Source: Actinomycetes bacterium
GTDB lineage: Bacteria > Actinomycetota > Thermoleophilia > UBA2241
Assembly: GCA_029547745.1 (NCBI GenBank)
Contig: JAKPOQ010000061.1
Span: forward strand, 18,399-82,398
Direction: 5' to 3'
Length of the DNA: 64,000 nt
The notes beneath the pieces are model-generated. The model made no database searches, was not told the DNA's origin, and saw nothing but the letters and a program-made list of their open reading frames with translations. The translations under genes were made by a program, and so were the position numbers. This document shows, one piece after another, positions 22,589 through 32,900 of this stretch (its first letter is position 1; every line of letters starts with the position of its first letter).

Positions 22589-23968
22589 ATGGCAGAGTGC
22601 GTCCCGAACCGCAAGCGCATCCAGGAGCTCACAGAGAAAGAAGAGAAGGTCCTCGAGGAGCGGACCCCCCAGTCCTACGAGCTCTATCAGCGCGCGGTCA
22701 AGGCGATGCCGATGGGTGTCGCCTCCACGTATCAGGCGCGCGACCCGTACCCCCTCTACTTCACCCACGGCAAGGGCTCGCGCATCTTCAGCGTCGACGG
22801 GCTTGAGCTCAGTGACTTCCACAACGGCTTCGGGTGCATGGTCCAGGGACATGCCCACCCGGTGATCGTCGAGACGATCAAGAAGCGCTGTGAGCTCGGC
22901 ACCCAGTTCGCGCTGCCGACCGAAGACTCGATCGCCGTCGCCGAGATCCTGGCGAAGAACTTCAAGCTTCCGCAGTGGCGGTTCGTGAACTCGGGCTCCG
23001 AAGCGACCATGGACGCCATCCGCGTCGCCCGCGCCTATACCGGCCGTGACAAGATCATGAAGATCTTCGGTTCGTACCACGGCCATCACGACTACGTCAT
23101 GGTGTCGATCGGCGCCGTCGACTATGGCCAGATCGGGCCGCGCGACAACTACGCCTCCCTGCCCTACGGCGGCGGTATCCCCCAGTCGGTCGCCGACATG
23201 ACCATCCCCGTCCCCTTCAATGACGCTCCCATGATGGAAGCGCGCCTCGAGAGGATGGCGGCCGAGAACGATCTGCCGGCCTGCCTAATCATGGAGCCGG
23301 CGATGATGAACCTGGGCGTCGTGTTGCCCGAGGACGGCTACCTGCAGGCCGTGCGCGACATCACGAGGAAGTACGGTATCGTCTTGATCTTCGACGAGGT
23401 CAAGACCGGCATCTGCACCGCGGCCGGCGGCGCCGTCGAGCGTTGGGGTGTCGTCCCTGACATGGTGACCCTCGCCAAGGCGCTCGGCGCCGGGCTGCCG
23501 TCGGGAGCCATCGGCGGTACCGACGAGATCATGGAGGTCGTGAGCAGCGGCAAGGTCTTCCAGGTCGGGACCTACGCCGGCAACCCGCTCTCCATGGCGA
23601 CCGCCCGGGCGAGCCTCGAGCGCGTCATGACACCCGATGCCTACAAGCACCTCAACTACCTGAACGACCGCCTCATCAAGGAGTGCGACGCCGTCTGCGC
23701 CAAGTACGACTTCCCCGGCTACACGGTCGGCATCTCGTCCAAGGGCTGCGTCAACTTCGCCATCGGCAAGATCACCGACTACGAGTCGTTCATCAAGAAC
23801 CAGGACCACGAGCTTGTCGCTCTCGCATGGCTCTACAACATCAACCGCGGCGTCATCATCGCCCCCGGCCGCGAGGAAGAGTGGACTCTCTCGATCCAGC
23901 ACAACGACGAGGACATCGACCGTTACGTCAACGCGTTCGAAGAGCTTGTGCGCGACGTGACCGCCTGA
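22589..23968 (+). CDS. Class-III PLP-dependent aminotransferase / aminomutase (glutamate-1-semialdehyde aminomutase-like, not canonical HemL)
   Basis: 459 aa. Motifs NSGSEATMDAIRVARAYTG and FDEVKTG (Lys-bearing segment) with a GNPL.MA tail. RBS AAGGAG. Local GC ~62% against ~72% for the window. Confidence 0.8.
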   Translation: MAECVPNRKRIQELTEKEEKVLEERTPQSYELYQRAVKAMPMGVASTYQARDPYPLYFTHGKGSRIFSVDGLELSDFHNGFGCMVQGHAHPVIVETIKKRCELGTQFALPTEDSIAVAEILAKNFKLPQWRFVNSGSEATMDAIRVARAYTGRDKIMKIFGSYHGHHDYVMVSIGAVDYGQIGPRDNYASLPYGGGIPQSVADMTIPVPFNDAPMMEARLERMAAENDLPACLIMEPAMMNLGVVLPEDGYLQAVRDITRKYGIVLIFDEVKTGICTAAGGAVERWGVVPDMVTLAKALGAGLPSGAIGGTDEIMEVVSSGKVFQVGTYAGNPLSMATARASLERVMTPDAYKHLNYLNDRLIKECDAVCAKYDFPGYTVGISSKGCVNFAIGKITDYESFIKNQDHELVALAWLYNINRGVIIAPGREEEWTLSIQHNDEDIDRYVNAFEELVRDVTA

Positions 23969-24007
23969 GCGGCGAGGCGAGGCACGTCCGGGCGCAAGCG
24001 CCCGGTC

Positions 24008-24058
24008 GGCGACGGGGCGGGCGGGCCGTATGGCCCGCCCGCCCCGTCGCCTCTTTGC
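24008..24058. terminator. Bidirectional rho-independent terminator (20-bp perfect stem, GTAT loop, TCTTTG tail)
   Basis: GGCGACGGGGCGGGCGGGCC-gtat-GGCCCGCCCGCCCCGTCGCC followed by TCTTTGCG. It lies between the convergent aminotransferase and DUF4388 genes. Confidence 0.65.
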
Positions 24059-24101
24059 GCCCACGCAGACTCGCGCCGTCGACCGGAAATCCGACGCGCC
24101 G

Positions 24102-24953
24102 TCAGGCCGGCGGGGACGCGGCGTCGCCGCAGGCGGACGCCGCGTCCCCGCCGGCGAGATCGTCGAGCAGCGCGCTGACCTCAGCCCAGACGCTGTCACG
24201 GTGCGCCTTCAACTCCTGGTCGTCCTCGGCCCGCGTCTGCTTCTCGGCCTTGACGAGGAGGACGCCCGCCTCGGCGAGCACCCCGAGGATGCTCACCACG
24301 GTGATCTCCTCGAGCGACGTCGCCGCGGTGATCTCACGGACTGTACGGTGATCATCGACCTGGGCGAGCACGTAGAACTCGTCCCGCCCCATGGAGAGGG
24401 AGTGCCGTGGCAGGGTGTCGTAGTCGCGGTTGCGGACAAGGACCGTGTTGGCCTGTCCGAGGACCTCGACCGCAAGACAGTAGTCGCCGCCCAGCGAGGA
24501 GATGTCCATCAGCACGGCATGCGTGTCGATGGTGACGAAGTCGACGGGCCTCGCAGCCTTGTCGGCGACGAACACGAAGCTCCCGGCCGTCTCGACCTTG
24601 ACCGCCACGAGGGTGTTCGCGACCTGGCGTGACAGCACCTCGCGCAGGTCGCGCTCGTGCAGGTGTCCGCGCTCGACCAGAAGGGTGCCCAGCGGCCGCG
24701 GGCTGCGTTCCTGTACGGCGAGGGTCTCCTTGAGCTGAGCCTCGTTCACGAGGGCCCGCTTGAGCAACTGGCTGCCGAGGACGGAATCGGTGAAGACGCG
24801 CGTCGAGTCGCGCGTCTCGGCGATGCGGCCGCCGACGAAGTGGACGTCGACCTGGCGGTTGGGACACTCGATGTGCAGCGTCCCCGAGCTTCTCGTCCTG
24901 GCGAGCATCTGCAGGATCTCGACGACGCTGAAGGTGTCAAGCGTGCCCTGCAT
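24102..24953 (-). CDS. DUF4388 domain protein
   Basis: N-terminal MQGTLDTFSVVEILQMLARTRSSGTLHIE.. is the DUF4388 signature. The start was moved to the second Met to avoid a 12-nt overlap with the divergent PHP gene. Confidence 0.55.
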   Translation of the reverse strand: MQGTLDTFSVVEILQMLARTRSSGTLHIECPNRQVDVHFVGGRIAETRDSTRVFTDSVLGSQLLKRALVNEAQLKETLAVQERSPRPLGTLLVERGHLHERDLREVLSRQVANTLVAVKVETAGSFVFVADKAARPVDFVTIDTHAVLMDISSLGGDYCLAVEVLGQANTVLVRNRDYDTLPRHSLSMGRDEFYVLAQVDDHRTVREITAATSLEEITVVSILGVLAEAGVLLVKAEKQTRAEDDQELKAHRDSVWAEVSALLDDLAGGDAASACGDAASPPA

Positions 24954-24971
24954 GAGTGGGCGAAGTGTATA

Positions 24972-25632
24972 CTCGCCCGGCATGAACGTCGACCTTCACA
25001 CGCACACCTACCCCGCGTCGACGTGCTCTCGGATCACCTACCGCGACTACATCGCGTGGTGCACGGCACAGCAGGTCGAAGCCGTCGCCCTGACCAACCA
25101 CGGGGACGTGACCGACAACCGCAAGCTTGAGCACGCCCTCGCCGCCGAGGGCGTGCTCCTCATCCACGGTGTCGAGGTCTCGACCATGCTCGGCGACCTC
25201 GTCGTGCTCTCGCCCGACCTCGACTACCTGGCGACGTTCAAGGACGTGCAGGAGGCTCCGCGCCCCGGCAGCGTGGCCGCCGACGCCGCCGTCGTTTGGG
25301 TGCACCCCGCCGCGGGTGGGGGACGCAGCGGGTCTTCGTACTATCCCGGCCTGGAGCGACTCGCCGGTCCCATCATCGACGCTGTCGAGGTGTACAACGG
25401 CTCGTGGCTCGACGACCGCTTCGTCCGCACCGCCGAACAGATCGCCGACCAGCTCGGCGTGGCGCGCACCGGCGGCAGCGACGCCCACGAGCCCGACGGT
25501 CTGATGACGTGCTTCACCGAGTTCCCGGACCCGATCCGTTCGACCGCCGACGTCGTCGACGCCCTCAAGCGCCGCGTCACCGTCCCGCACCGCGGCGCGG
25601 TCAAGGCACGACGCCGGTTCGGGCTGTTCTGA
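24972..25632 (+). CDS. PHP-domain (polymerase/histidinol-phosphatase-like) metal-dependent phosphoesterase
   Basis: MNVDLHTHTYPAS.. HG.E.. GSDAHEP motifs. Confidence 0.7.
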
Positions 25633-25654
25633 CCCGGCGCGAAGGAGCGGCCAT

Positions 25655-26057
25655 GCTCACCATCTCGCTCGAGACGCCCCGTCGCGTCGGCTTCGTCGAC
25701 ATCACCGGCCGGGTCGAGGATGCCTGTGAGCGGCTGGGGGTCGTCACCGGCGCGCTGGTCGTGTACGTGCCCCACACCACCGCCGGCGTGACGATCAACG
25801 AGAACGCCGACCCGTCGGTGCGCGCCGATCTCGAGTCCGCGCTCCAGCGGTTGGTCCCTGAGGACTCGCCGTTCACCCACCTTGAGGGCAACGCCGACGC
25901 CCACGTCAAAGCCAGCCTCGTGGGGAGCAGCGTGACGATCCCGGTCAGCGACGGTCGCCTCTGCCTTGGCACTTGGCAGGGCGTGTACTTCGCGGAGTTC
26001 GACGGGCCGCGACGGCGGAGAGTCCACGTCGTGGGACTCTCCGCCGTCGCGGCCTGA
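25655..26057 (+). CDS. YjbQ / UPF0047 family protein (secondary thiamine-phosphate synthase-like)
   Basis: 134 aa. RVGFVDITGRVEDA .. HTTAGVTINEN .. HLEGNADAHVKASL. Confidence 0.75.
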
Positions 26058-26073
26058 CATCCCCGCGTACGCG

Positions 26074-27570
26074 TCAGCGGCCCAGGATACGCTCGATATG
26101 GTGGACGATCTGGTCAGTGCCCAGCATGCCGCCATCGTTCTTGAGCAGGAGCTGCTCGGCGGTGAACTTCTGGCCGAGACCCCACAGGCGCTTCACGAAC
26201 GCCCCGGCTCCGGGGTCGGTGAACCACTCCCAGCCGAAGCGGTCCTGGAGCATCATCCTCAGGGCGCCCTCGAGCATCCAGGCGCGCAGGTAACTCGCGA
26301 CGTAGAGCCCTGCGTCGATGTCGGCGAGGTAACTCTCGGCAGGGACGTCGATCATGAGCGCCTGGGAGAGCCGCCGTCGATAGGTCTCGGCCAGACCGTC
26401 GAGGGAGCCGTCGCAGACGTGGAACTCCGTCTCGTACGCCAGCTTCGCCGCGTAGCGACGCAGGTAGAAGAGGTCGGAGACGGTGGCGAAACGGACGTAC
26501 TCGTCGCACTCGGTGAACCCGAGGTAGCGCGCGAGCCAAGCTCGGTTGAGCATGAGGTGGTCGAAGAGGAAGGCGAAGGCCTCGGTCACCGCGTTGTCGC
26601 CGAGGAGGCGGTACTCGAACGGAAGGTCGGCCGGAACGTGGGCGAAATGCTCCGTGTGCCCGGCCTCGTGCAGCAGGGCGCTGTAGTCGTCTTGCCCTCC
26701 CTGGGGGTAGACGACGAGATGGATCTCGTCCGGCACCCGGACCGGTGAACAGAAGGCGCGCGGGGTCTTGCCCTCGCGGACCTCGGTGTCGAGATGGACG
26801 TTCGCCTGGGACTCGAGGTCGATGCCCATGTCAGTCAGCATCCGTCCGAGCGTCGGGATGAGCCCGGAGGCGGTGAAGACGTCGTCGTACGAAGGCGCGC
26901 GCCAGAGGTACGGCAGGTCGGCGTAGCGAAGCTCGCTCAGCGGGATGCCGAGACGCTCGCGCGACAGGCGGTCCATGGTGCGTTCGTACAGGGCGGCCGT
27001 GTCGTGCAGGAAGGCTTCGGCCTTCGCCTGCAGGGCGAAGTAGTCGATACCCCGGACCTCGCCGTAGAGGTCGAGGTAGTGCTCGCGCCCGAGACCGCGG
27101 GCGAGCTCGTGACAGCAGCGCCACTGACGGTCGAGCAACGGATTGAGCTCGGCGGCGATGGCCGCAAGCCGCGCCTCTTCGATACGCCGGCGGCGCTCTC
27201 GGTCGGGCTCGTTGGCCATGACGACGGGCGCCGCGCGCAGACCTATCTCTTCGCCGTCGACGGTGATCGTCGCGCGGCTCTCGGCGTTGGCGATCTCGTC
27301 GCTCAGATGGCGGGTCTCGGCACCCATGTACCCGTCGACGGCGAAGGCCAGCAGGTAGGCGAGGCGCCGCTTCTCGTCGTCGCGGGCGGAGGCGTACAGC
27401 CGGTCCAGCTCGTCGATCGCCGTCTGCGTGAACAGGTCAGCGAAGCGGTCGTAGACCGCGGCGAAGTCACACACCGACTTCTGTCCCGAGAAGTGACGGT
27501 AGGCCTCGTCCTCGAGGGCGGCGAGGAAGGCCTCGGCGTCGCGACGGTACTGTTCGAGGTCGAACGGCAT
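26074..27570 (-). CDS. Zinc metallopeptidase, M3-like oligoendopeptidase family (HEAGH motif)
   Basis: HEAGHTEH zinc motif in a ~500-aa all-helical protein. The likely start is MPFDLEQYRR; the ORF-track N-extension is doubtful. Confidence 0.5.
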   Translation of the reverse strand: MPFDLEQYRRDAEAFLAALEDEAYRHFSGQKSVCDFAAVYDRFADLFTQTAIDELDRLYASARDDEKRRLAYLLAFAVDGYMGAETRHLSDEIANAESRATITVDGEEIGLRAAPVVMANEPDRERRRRIEEARLAAIAAELNPLLDRQWRCCHELARGLGREHYLDLYGEVRGIDYFALQAKAEAFLHDTAALYERTMDRLSRERLGIPLSELRYADLPYLWRAPSYDDVFTASGLIPTLGRMLTDMGIDLESQANVHLDTEVREGKTPRAFCSPVRVPDEIHLVVYPQGGQDDYSALLHEAGHTEHFAHVPADLPFEYRLLGDNAVTEAFAFLFDHLMLNRAWLARYLGFTECDEYVRFATVSDLFYLRRYAAKLAYETEFHVCDGSLDGLAETYRRRLSQALMIDVPAESYLADIDAGLYVASYLRAWMLEGALRMMLQDRFGWEWFTDPGAGAFVKRLWGLGQKFTAEQLLLKNDGGMLGTDQIVHHIERILGR

Positions 27571-27632
27571 CGACTGCGTCTCCTTGGTCGGGGTCATCGG
27601 CGCCGTCGGCGCCGCTCTTGGCACTGTAACAG

Positions 27633-29111
27633 ATGACTCGGCCGCTGAGTGCCCGCTGGCAAGCGCCAAGGAGTAGACAATCGCCCGGGCCCAGCCCGCT
27701 CGCCACGCCGCGGACGGACGGCTACACTCCCACCGTGCCTCCCCGACCCGGCGACATCCTCGAACTGCGCATCGACACGCTCGCGTACGGCGGGCAAGGC
27801 GTCGCGCGCGACCACGACTTCGTCGTGTTCGTGCGCGGCGCGGCGCCGGGCGACGTGGTGCGGGCTCAAATCACGCGGCGTAGACAGCGGCACGCCGAGG
27901 CGCGGCTGCTCGAGATCATCGCTCCGTCGCCCGCCCGCGTGCCGGCTCCGTGCGCTCACGCCGAGACGTGCGGCGGATGCGAGTGGCAGACCCTCGGCTA
28001 CGCGACGCAGCTCGAGTTCAAGCAGCGCCAGGTGGTGGAGTCCCTGGAGCACATCGGCGGACTGCGCGACTTCGCGCTGGAGCCGATCGCCGGAATGGAC
28101 GACCCGTGGCGCTACCGCAACAAGATGGAGTTCTCGTTCGCCGAAGACGACGGACGTCTCGTCCTTGGCCTGCACCGGCGAGGGTCGTGGCGTGACGTCG
28201 TCGAGACGAGCGACTGCCTTTTGGCGTCGGCGCGCATGAACGGCGCCCGGCAGGCGGTCGTCGACGCCTGCCGGGCGCTCGGCCTGCGCGCCTACGATCG
28301 CGGCGCCGGTCGGCACGAGACGCCCCGCGGCCTCCTGCGCCACCTCGTCGTGCGCGAGACGACGTGCGGCGACCTCGCAGTCCACCTCTTCGTCGCGACC
28401 CGCTTCCCCGAGGAGGCGGCTCTCGCTGAGCGCGTCGTCGCGGCCTGCGGCGCCACCGCGTTCGCGGTGACGGTGAACGCCTCGCGCGCCGACGCCGCCG
28501 TCGGCGACGGCCCGCACATGATCGCCGGCGAGCCGTACCTCACGGAGCGCCTCGCCGGCGTCGAGCTGGCCGTTCCGTTCACGGCCTTCCTGCAGACGAA
28601 CGCAGCCATGTGCGAAGTCCTGTACGCGACCGCTTTGCGCTTCGCCGCCGCCGACCCGAGGCGTGACGCCTATGACCTCTACTGCGGTATCGGCTCGTTG
28701 TCACTGCCGCTGGCGCGGGGGGCCGCGCAGGTGCACGCGATCGAGATCCAGGAGCAGGCGATCGCCGCGGCGCGCGCGAACGCGCGCCGGAACGCGATCG
28801 CCAACGTCGACTTCCGCGCCGGCGACGTGCGCCGACTGCTCAAGGAGGCGCTCGCTGCGCCGGACTCCGCGCCGCCCGCCGTCGTCGTCGCCGACCCACC
28901 GCGGGCCGGCATGGCGCGCAAGGCGCTGCAGCGCGCCGCCGCGCTGCACGCCGAGCGCTTCGTCTACGTCTCGTGCAACCCGACGACCCTGGCCGGCAAC
29001 GGCGCCGAGCTCCGCGATCTCGGCTATCGTCTGGCATGCGTCGCGCCCGTCGACATGTTCCCACAGACGCACCACGTCGAGACCGTCGCGCTCTTCCTCC
29101 GCGAGGAGTGA
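27633..29111 (+). CDS. rlmD: 23S rRNA (uracil-C5)-methyltransferase RlmD/RumA family (TRAM + SAM-MTase, Fe-S cysteines)
   Basis: TRAM domain (ILELRIDTLAYGGQGVAR), cysteine cluster CAHAETCGGCEWQ, SAM-binding DLYCGIGSLSLPLA, catalytic SCNPTTLA. The start may be ~100 nt downstream (GTG). Confidence 0.8.
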   Translation: MTRPLSARWQAPRSRQSPGPSPLATPRTDGYTPTVPPRPGDILELRIDTLAYGGQGVARDHDFVVFVRGAAPGDVVRAQITRRRQRHAEARLLEIIAPSPARVPAPCAHAETCGGCEWQTLGYATQLEFKQRQVVESLEHIGGLRDFALEPIAGMDDPWRYRNKMEFSFAEDDGRLVLGLHRRGSWRDVVETSDCLLASARMNGARQAVVDACRALGLRAYDRGAGRHETPRGLLRHLVVRETTCGDLAVHLFVATRFPEEAALAERVVAACGATAFAVTVNASRADAAVGDGPHMIAGEPYLTERLAGVELAVPFTAFLQTNAAMCEVLYATALRFAAADPRRDAYDLYCGIGSLSLPLARGAAQVHAIEIQEQAIAAARANARRNAIANVDFRAGDVRRLLKEALAAPDSAPPAVVVADPPRAGMARKALQRAAALHAERFVYVSCNPTTLAGNGAELRDLGYRLACVAPVDMFPQTHHVETVALFLREE

Positions 29112-29180
29112 CAGGGAGATGGGGCGGCGGGACGGAGACCCAGCGTTCACACTCGCCGTGCCAGAGGTATGACGGCCGTC

Positions 29181-29273
29181 GCAGGCGGCGTCGTCAGCCG
29201 CCTCTGCGCGGCGCCGTCAGCCGCCTCTGCGCGGCGCCGTCAGCCGCCTCTGCGCGGCGCCGTCAGCCGCCTC
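29181..29273. repeat. Intergenic tandem repeat, 4 copies x 23 nt (CCGTCAGCCGCCTCTGCGCGGCG)
   Basis: TCAGCC recurs at 29185, 29208, 29231 and 29254. The period is not a multiple of 3. It lies between rlmD and the convergent membrane-protein gene. Confidence 0.8.
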
Positions 29274-29384
29274 TGCGCGGCGTGGGACGACGACGCTGAG
29301 GCACGGCCGATGTGACCGCGGCCGATAGCGCGGCCGGCCTCACGCCCTCGTCGGGCCCGCCCGCACCGCCGCGAGGGCGTGCCC

Positions 29385-30095
29385 TTACACCTCCGTCGGG
29401 CCGGCCCCTCGCTGCCGCCACAACCGGTCGGCGTTGACGGCGAGGAACGCAGCCGAGAGCAAAGGCAGCGCCGGCAGGGCGTCCCACCACAGCGCGGCGG
29501 CGATCGTGACGAGGAACGACGCGGCCATCGCCGCCGCGCTGACCACGGGACGCAGGCCGAAGCGGCGGGCCGCCGCGAAGTACAGGGCGAAGAACACGAC
29601 GTCGCTCACGCCGAGAGCCGTGTACCCTGCCGAGGGCGCATACCCGATCCAGGTGAGCGCCACCGTGAAGTAACCCACGACCCGAGGCCCTTCCTCGAGC
29701 AACTGCCGCGTCGGACCTCCATAGACGCTCACCACGTCGACGACCGCCGAAACCGCAGCGACCAGCACCACCCAGCTCACGCGCTCGAGGTTCTCGGCCA
29801 CCCAAGTTCCCAGCGCGACCGCCCCCGCGACCTTGGCCACGTTGGCAAGCGGGGGGAGCCCGGCCCAAGTGAGGACGGCCCCGAGCGGCAGGGCCACGGC
29901 GGCCACCAGCAGCAGCCGGTGCCCGAGTCTCCGCGTCGGGTACAGAGCGGCGACCAACCAGGCGATGACGGCCAGGCTGATGGCGGCCGAGACGACGATG
30001 TCCGGGCGCAGGGCGAAGGCGGGCAGCCGGCCGCTGAGCGCGCCGAGTGCGACGAGCACCGCGGCGGCCGCCAGGGCGGACCTCAGGGAACGCAT
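29385..30095 (-). CDS. Hypothetical polytopic membrane protein
   Basis: 236 aa, ~7 hydrophobic segments, no recognised motif. Confidence 0.5.
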   Translation of the reverse strand: MRSLRSALAAAAVLVALGALSGRLPAFALRPDIVVSAAISLAVIAWLVAALYPTRRLGHRLLLVAAVALPLGAVLTWAGLPPLANVAKVAGAVALGTWVAENLERVSWVVLVAAVSAVVDVVSVYGGPTRQLLEEGPRVVGYFTVALTWIGYAPSAGYTALGVSDVVFFALYFAAARRFGLRPVVSAAAMAASFLVTIAAALWWDALPALPLLSAAFLAVNADRLWRQRGAGPTEV

Positions 30096-30099
30096 GGGA

Positions 30100-30702
30100 T
30101 CAGTACGGCGGGATCGAGTCGTACCACTCGCCGAGGCGCCGGAACGCGCGCCAGAAGCCCGCCTTCGACCGTTCCTCGTCGAGCGACGCGTCGATGTCGG
30201 GCGTGATGAGCGCCTCGATCCCCGGAGTGAACTCGCTGATCTCGCCGACCGCGTAGCCGAGCTCGCGCGACAGCGGGACCTGGGCGGAGTTGAGGGCGGC
30301 GACCGTCGTCTCGCCCATGACGACGATGATCTTCGGCTCGACGATGGCGAGCTCGCGGCGAAGGTGGTCGAGACACCGCGCCTCGGCCTCGGGATCGCGC
30401 ACGTCCCCGCACTTCACGACGTTGGAGCCATAGAGCTGCAGCGGGTCGATCTTGAGCCGCTGGCAACTCTTCATCAGGGCGGTACCGCTGCGGCCGAAGA
30501 AGGCGACGCCCTCGTGGCACTCGCTCGGGCGCGCCTGGTACTTGAGCAGGAAGATGTCGGCCAGCGGATGGCCCGAGCCGATGACGGGCATCGTCCCGGC
30601 GTGCGCGCACCTGCGGCAGCGGAGGACCTCGTCCGTCAGCTCGTTGATCTCGGCGATCGCCCGCGTCAGGTATCTGTCGTAGATCTCGTTCGGTCGTGCC
30701 AC
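30100..30702 (-). CDS. Uracil-DNA glycosylase, family 4 (4Fe-4S, thermostable type)
   Basis: CRRC..C cysteines, GSGHPLADIFLLKYQA, GETTVAAL motifs. Length 200 aa. Confidence 0.8.
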   Translation of the reverse strand: MARPNEIYDRYLTRAIAEINELTDEVLRCRRCAHAGTMPVIGSGHPLADIFLLKYQARPSECHEGVAFFGRSGTALMKSCQRLKIDPLQLYGSNVVKCGDVRDPEAEARCLDHLRRELAIVEPKIIVVMGETTVAALNSAQVPLSRELGYAVGEISEFTPGIEALITPDIDASLDEERSKAGFWRAFRRLGEWYDSIPPY

Positions 30703-30851
30703 CGTGACCCCGGTCCGTAGGGAACGCCTCAGGAGTTCGCCGGGGAAGGGCGCTTTCCTCGCCTCGACGGCCGCGCCACCACTCGGACGCAGGCCGCGCA
30801 GGCGGCCGCGCCTGCCCCTTCGGCGGCGCGGCCGCCCGCCGCGCCGCCCGC

Positions 30852-32738
30852 CTACTCCTCGCCTTGCCTGCGCCCCCTACCCGTCTGTCCCTCAAGACTG
30901 GTCTGCACAAGCTTGAGCGACTGCAGGTACAGATAGTTCTTGGGGCGGCGCACGATGCGGCTCTCGGACAGGGCGGCGACGAAGTCCTTCGCCCCGGTGA
31001 ACTCGTCCATGCCCGTCAAGGCCGTCCCCAAGCTGGCGAGGACGTGGGCGTCGCTGCCCGCCGCCGCCGGGACGCGGTAGCGGCGGGCGAACCGCTCCGC
31101 TTGCTCGTTGAACCCGGGGAACGCGAGCCGCGAGTTGAAGACCTCGAGGACGTCGATGTCGGTGACGTTGGCGCGCAGCAGGGCAGCGCTGGGCACCGTG
31201 TGGAGACGGTCGAACGGATGAGGCACATAGACGATGCCGCCCTGCTCCTTGATGGCCGCGACCGTGTCGGCGAACGTCATCCCCGGCGGGACGGCGCGCT
31301 CGAGGAAGAGGCCGATCACCTCGCCCTCCGCGGATTTCACCTCCTCGCCGACGACGACGCGCACGCCATAGCGGTCGCCGAGCTCACGCGCCTCGAGACC
31401 GCCGGCGATGGAGTCGTGATCGGTGATGGCGACGACGTCGAGACCGACCTCGCGCGCGCGCTCCAGGATGTCCTCCACGGTCGAGACGCAGTCCTTGCTG
31501 TGGTGCGAATGCACGTGGAAGTCGCCGAAGACCTCGCTTTGCCGGCGGCGGCGGCGCCCTGCGGCGCGCCGCCGCCGCGCGACCTCGTCGTAGAGCTCCT
31601 CGTGCTGATCGACGACCCTTCCCCAGTCGAAGCGCGCGGCCGTGCGCACGCCCGCAGCCGCGAGCCGCTCGCGCGTCTGCGGCTCGCGCACCATCGTGCG
31701 CAGGGCGGCGGCCAGCGCCGCGGCGTCGCGGACCGGGACGAGCAACCCCTCGTGACCGTCGCCGACCGCCTCCCGATGTCCAGGGACGTCGCTCGCGATG
31801 ATCGCCGTCCCCGCCGCCATCGCTTCAAGGAGGACGAAGCCGGCGGACTCCGGACCGAGCGAGGGTGCGCAGAGGACGTCGGCATCCCGCAGAACCTCCT
31901 CCATGGCGTCGCGCGACAGGCGGCCGTGGAAGGTCACGCGCTCGGCGAGCGCGCCGGGGACGCGGTGGCCGAACCGGCTCTCTTGAGCGTCGTGGCCGCA
32001 GACGTGAAGTTCGAGCTCCTCGGCCACATCGTCGAGACGGCGGAGCGCGCGAAGCAGCAGGCCCAGTCCCTGACGTCGCGACTGGCTGGCGGCGAACACC
32101 ACGCGAACCGGTCCGGGACGACGCGCCGCGGGCGGCCGCAACGCGCCGACGTCCACGCCGGGAGGGATGATCCGGTAGGCGCCGGGGAACTCGCGCGCAG
32201 TGGCGTCACGGACCGTCGCGCAACCGGCGACGGCGACGTCCAGCGAGTCGAACAGGCGCTGCTGGCGCGAGCGCGGCATCAGGTCCTGGACGAACCTCTC
32301 GTCCTCGCTGAGGAACGTGGCCACGAGCGGACAGGCGGTGTGCCTCAGGGCCGCCCAGCCCACCGACGGCGCGAACGGCTCGTAGAGGTGCAGGACATCG
32401 AGGTCGTCGGCCTCGAGGAGGACGTCGATGTTGGCGATGAGGTCGGCAGGGGCGGTGAACACGGGACGCGGCCGTCGGGAGTCGACGTACGTGCGGCCGG
32501 CGAAGAAGTAGCGCGGCGAGGCCTCGTCGGGCAAGAACACGGTCTCGCGCTCCCCCAGCAACACCGCCTGCACCCTCGCCCGCGCCTCGCGTACCGCGGC
32601 CCTGTCGGCACTGGGGGCGATGACGGTCACGCGGTGGCCACGGTCAGCCAGACGCTGCGCGAGTCCCGCGACCTGGTCGTTCACCTCGCTCGGCGTCGTC
32701 CACGGGTACGGGGTGAGAAGTCCGATGCTGTGACCCAC
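30852..32738 (-). CDS. Fusion protein: N-terminal PimA-like GT4 (phosphatidylinositol alpha-mannosyltransferase) + C-terminal PHP phosphoesterase domain
   Basis: Residues 1-~390 align along their length with mycobacterial PimA (IGLLTPYPW.., LDVLHLYEP, LVATF, GPESAGFVLLEAMAAGTAIIASDVPG..GLLVP). Residues ~420-628 form a PHP domain (FGDFHVHSHHS.., ITDHD, VPHPFD, GSDAH). Confidence 0.75.
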   Translation of the reverse strand: MGHSIGLLTPYPWTTPSEVNDQVAGLAQRLADRGHRVTVIAPSADRAAVREARARVQAVLLGERETVFLPDEASPRYFFAGRTYVDSRRPRPVFTAPADLIANIDVLLEADDLDVLHLYEPFAPSVGWAALRHTACPLVATFLSEDERFVQDLMPRSRQQRLFDSLDVAVAGCATVRDATAREFPGAYRIIPPGVDVGALRPPAARRPGPVRVVFAASQSRRQGLGLLLRALRRLDDVAEELELHVCGHDAQESRFGHRVPGALAERVTFHGRLSRDAMEEVLRDADVLCAPSLGPESAGFVLLEAMAAGTAIIASDVPGHREAVGDGHEGLLVPVRDAAALAAALRTMVREPQTRERLAAAGVRTAARFDWGRVVDQHEELYDEVARRRRAAGRRRRRQSEVFGDFHVHSHHSKDCVSTVEDILERAREVGLDVVAITDHDSIAGGLEARELGDRYGVRVVVGEEVKSAEGEVIGLFLERAVPPGMTFADTVAAIKEQGGIVYVPHPFDRLHTVPSAALLRANVTDIDVLEVFNSRLAFPGFNEQAERFARRYRVPAAAGSDAHVLASLGTALTGMDEFTGAKDFVAALSESRIVRRPKNYLYLQSLKLVQTSLEGQTGRGRRQGEE

Positions 32739-32900
32739 AGGGCAATGCTACCGCAGGAACGACGGCTGCAGCCGACTTGAGCGTGAAGCCGCCGCCGCGC
32801 CCCGCCGGCGGACGGCCCAGCGATGATCGGACGGGATGCGCGACGGGCCGGGGCCTCACGGCCCCGGCCCGTCGCGCTCAGCTCGGTATGAAGCGTACCC

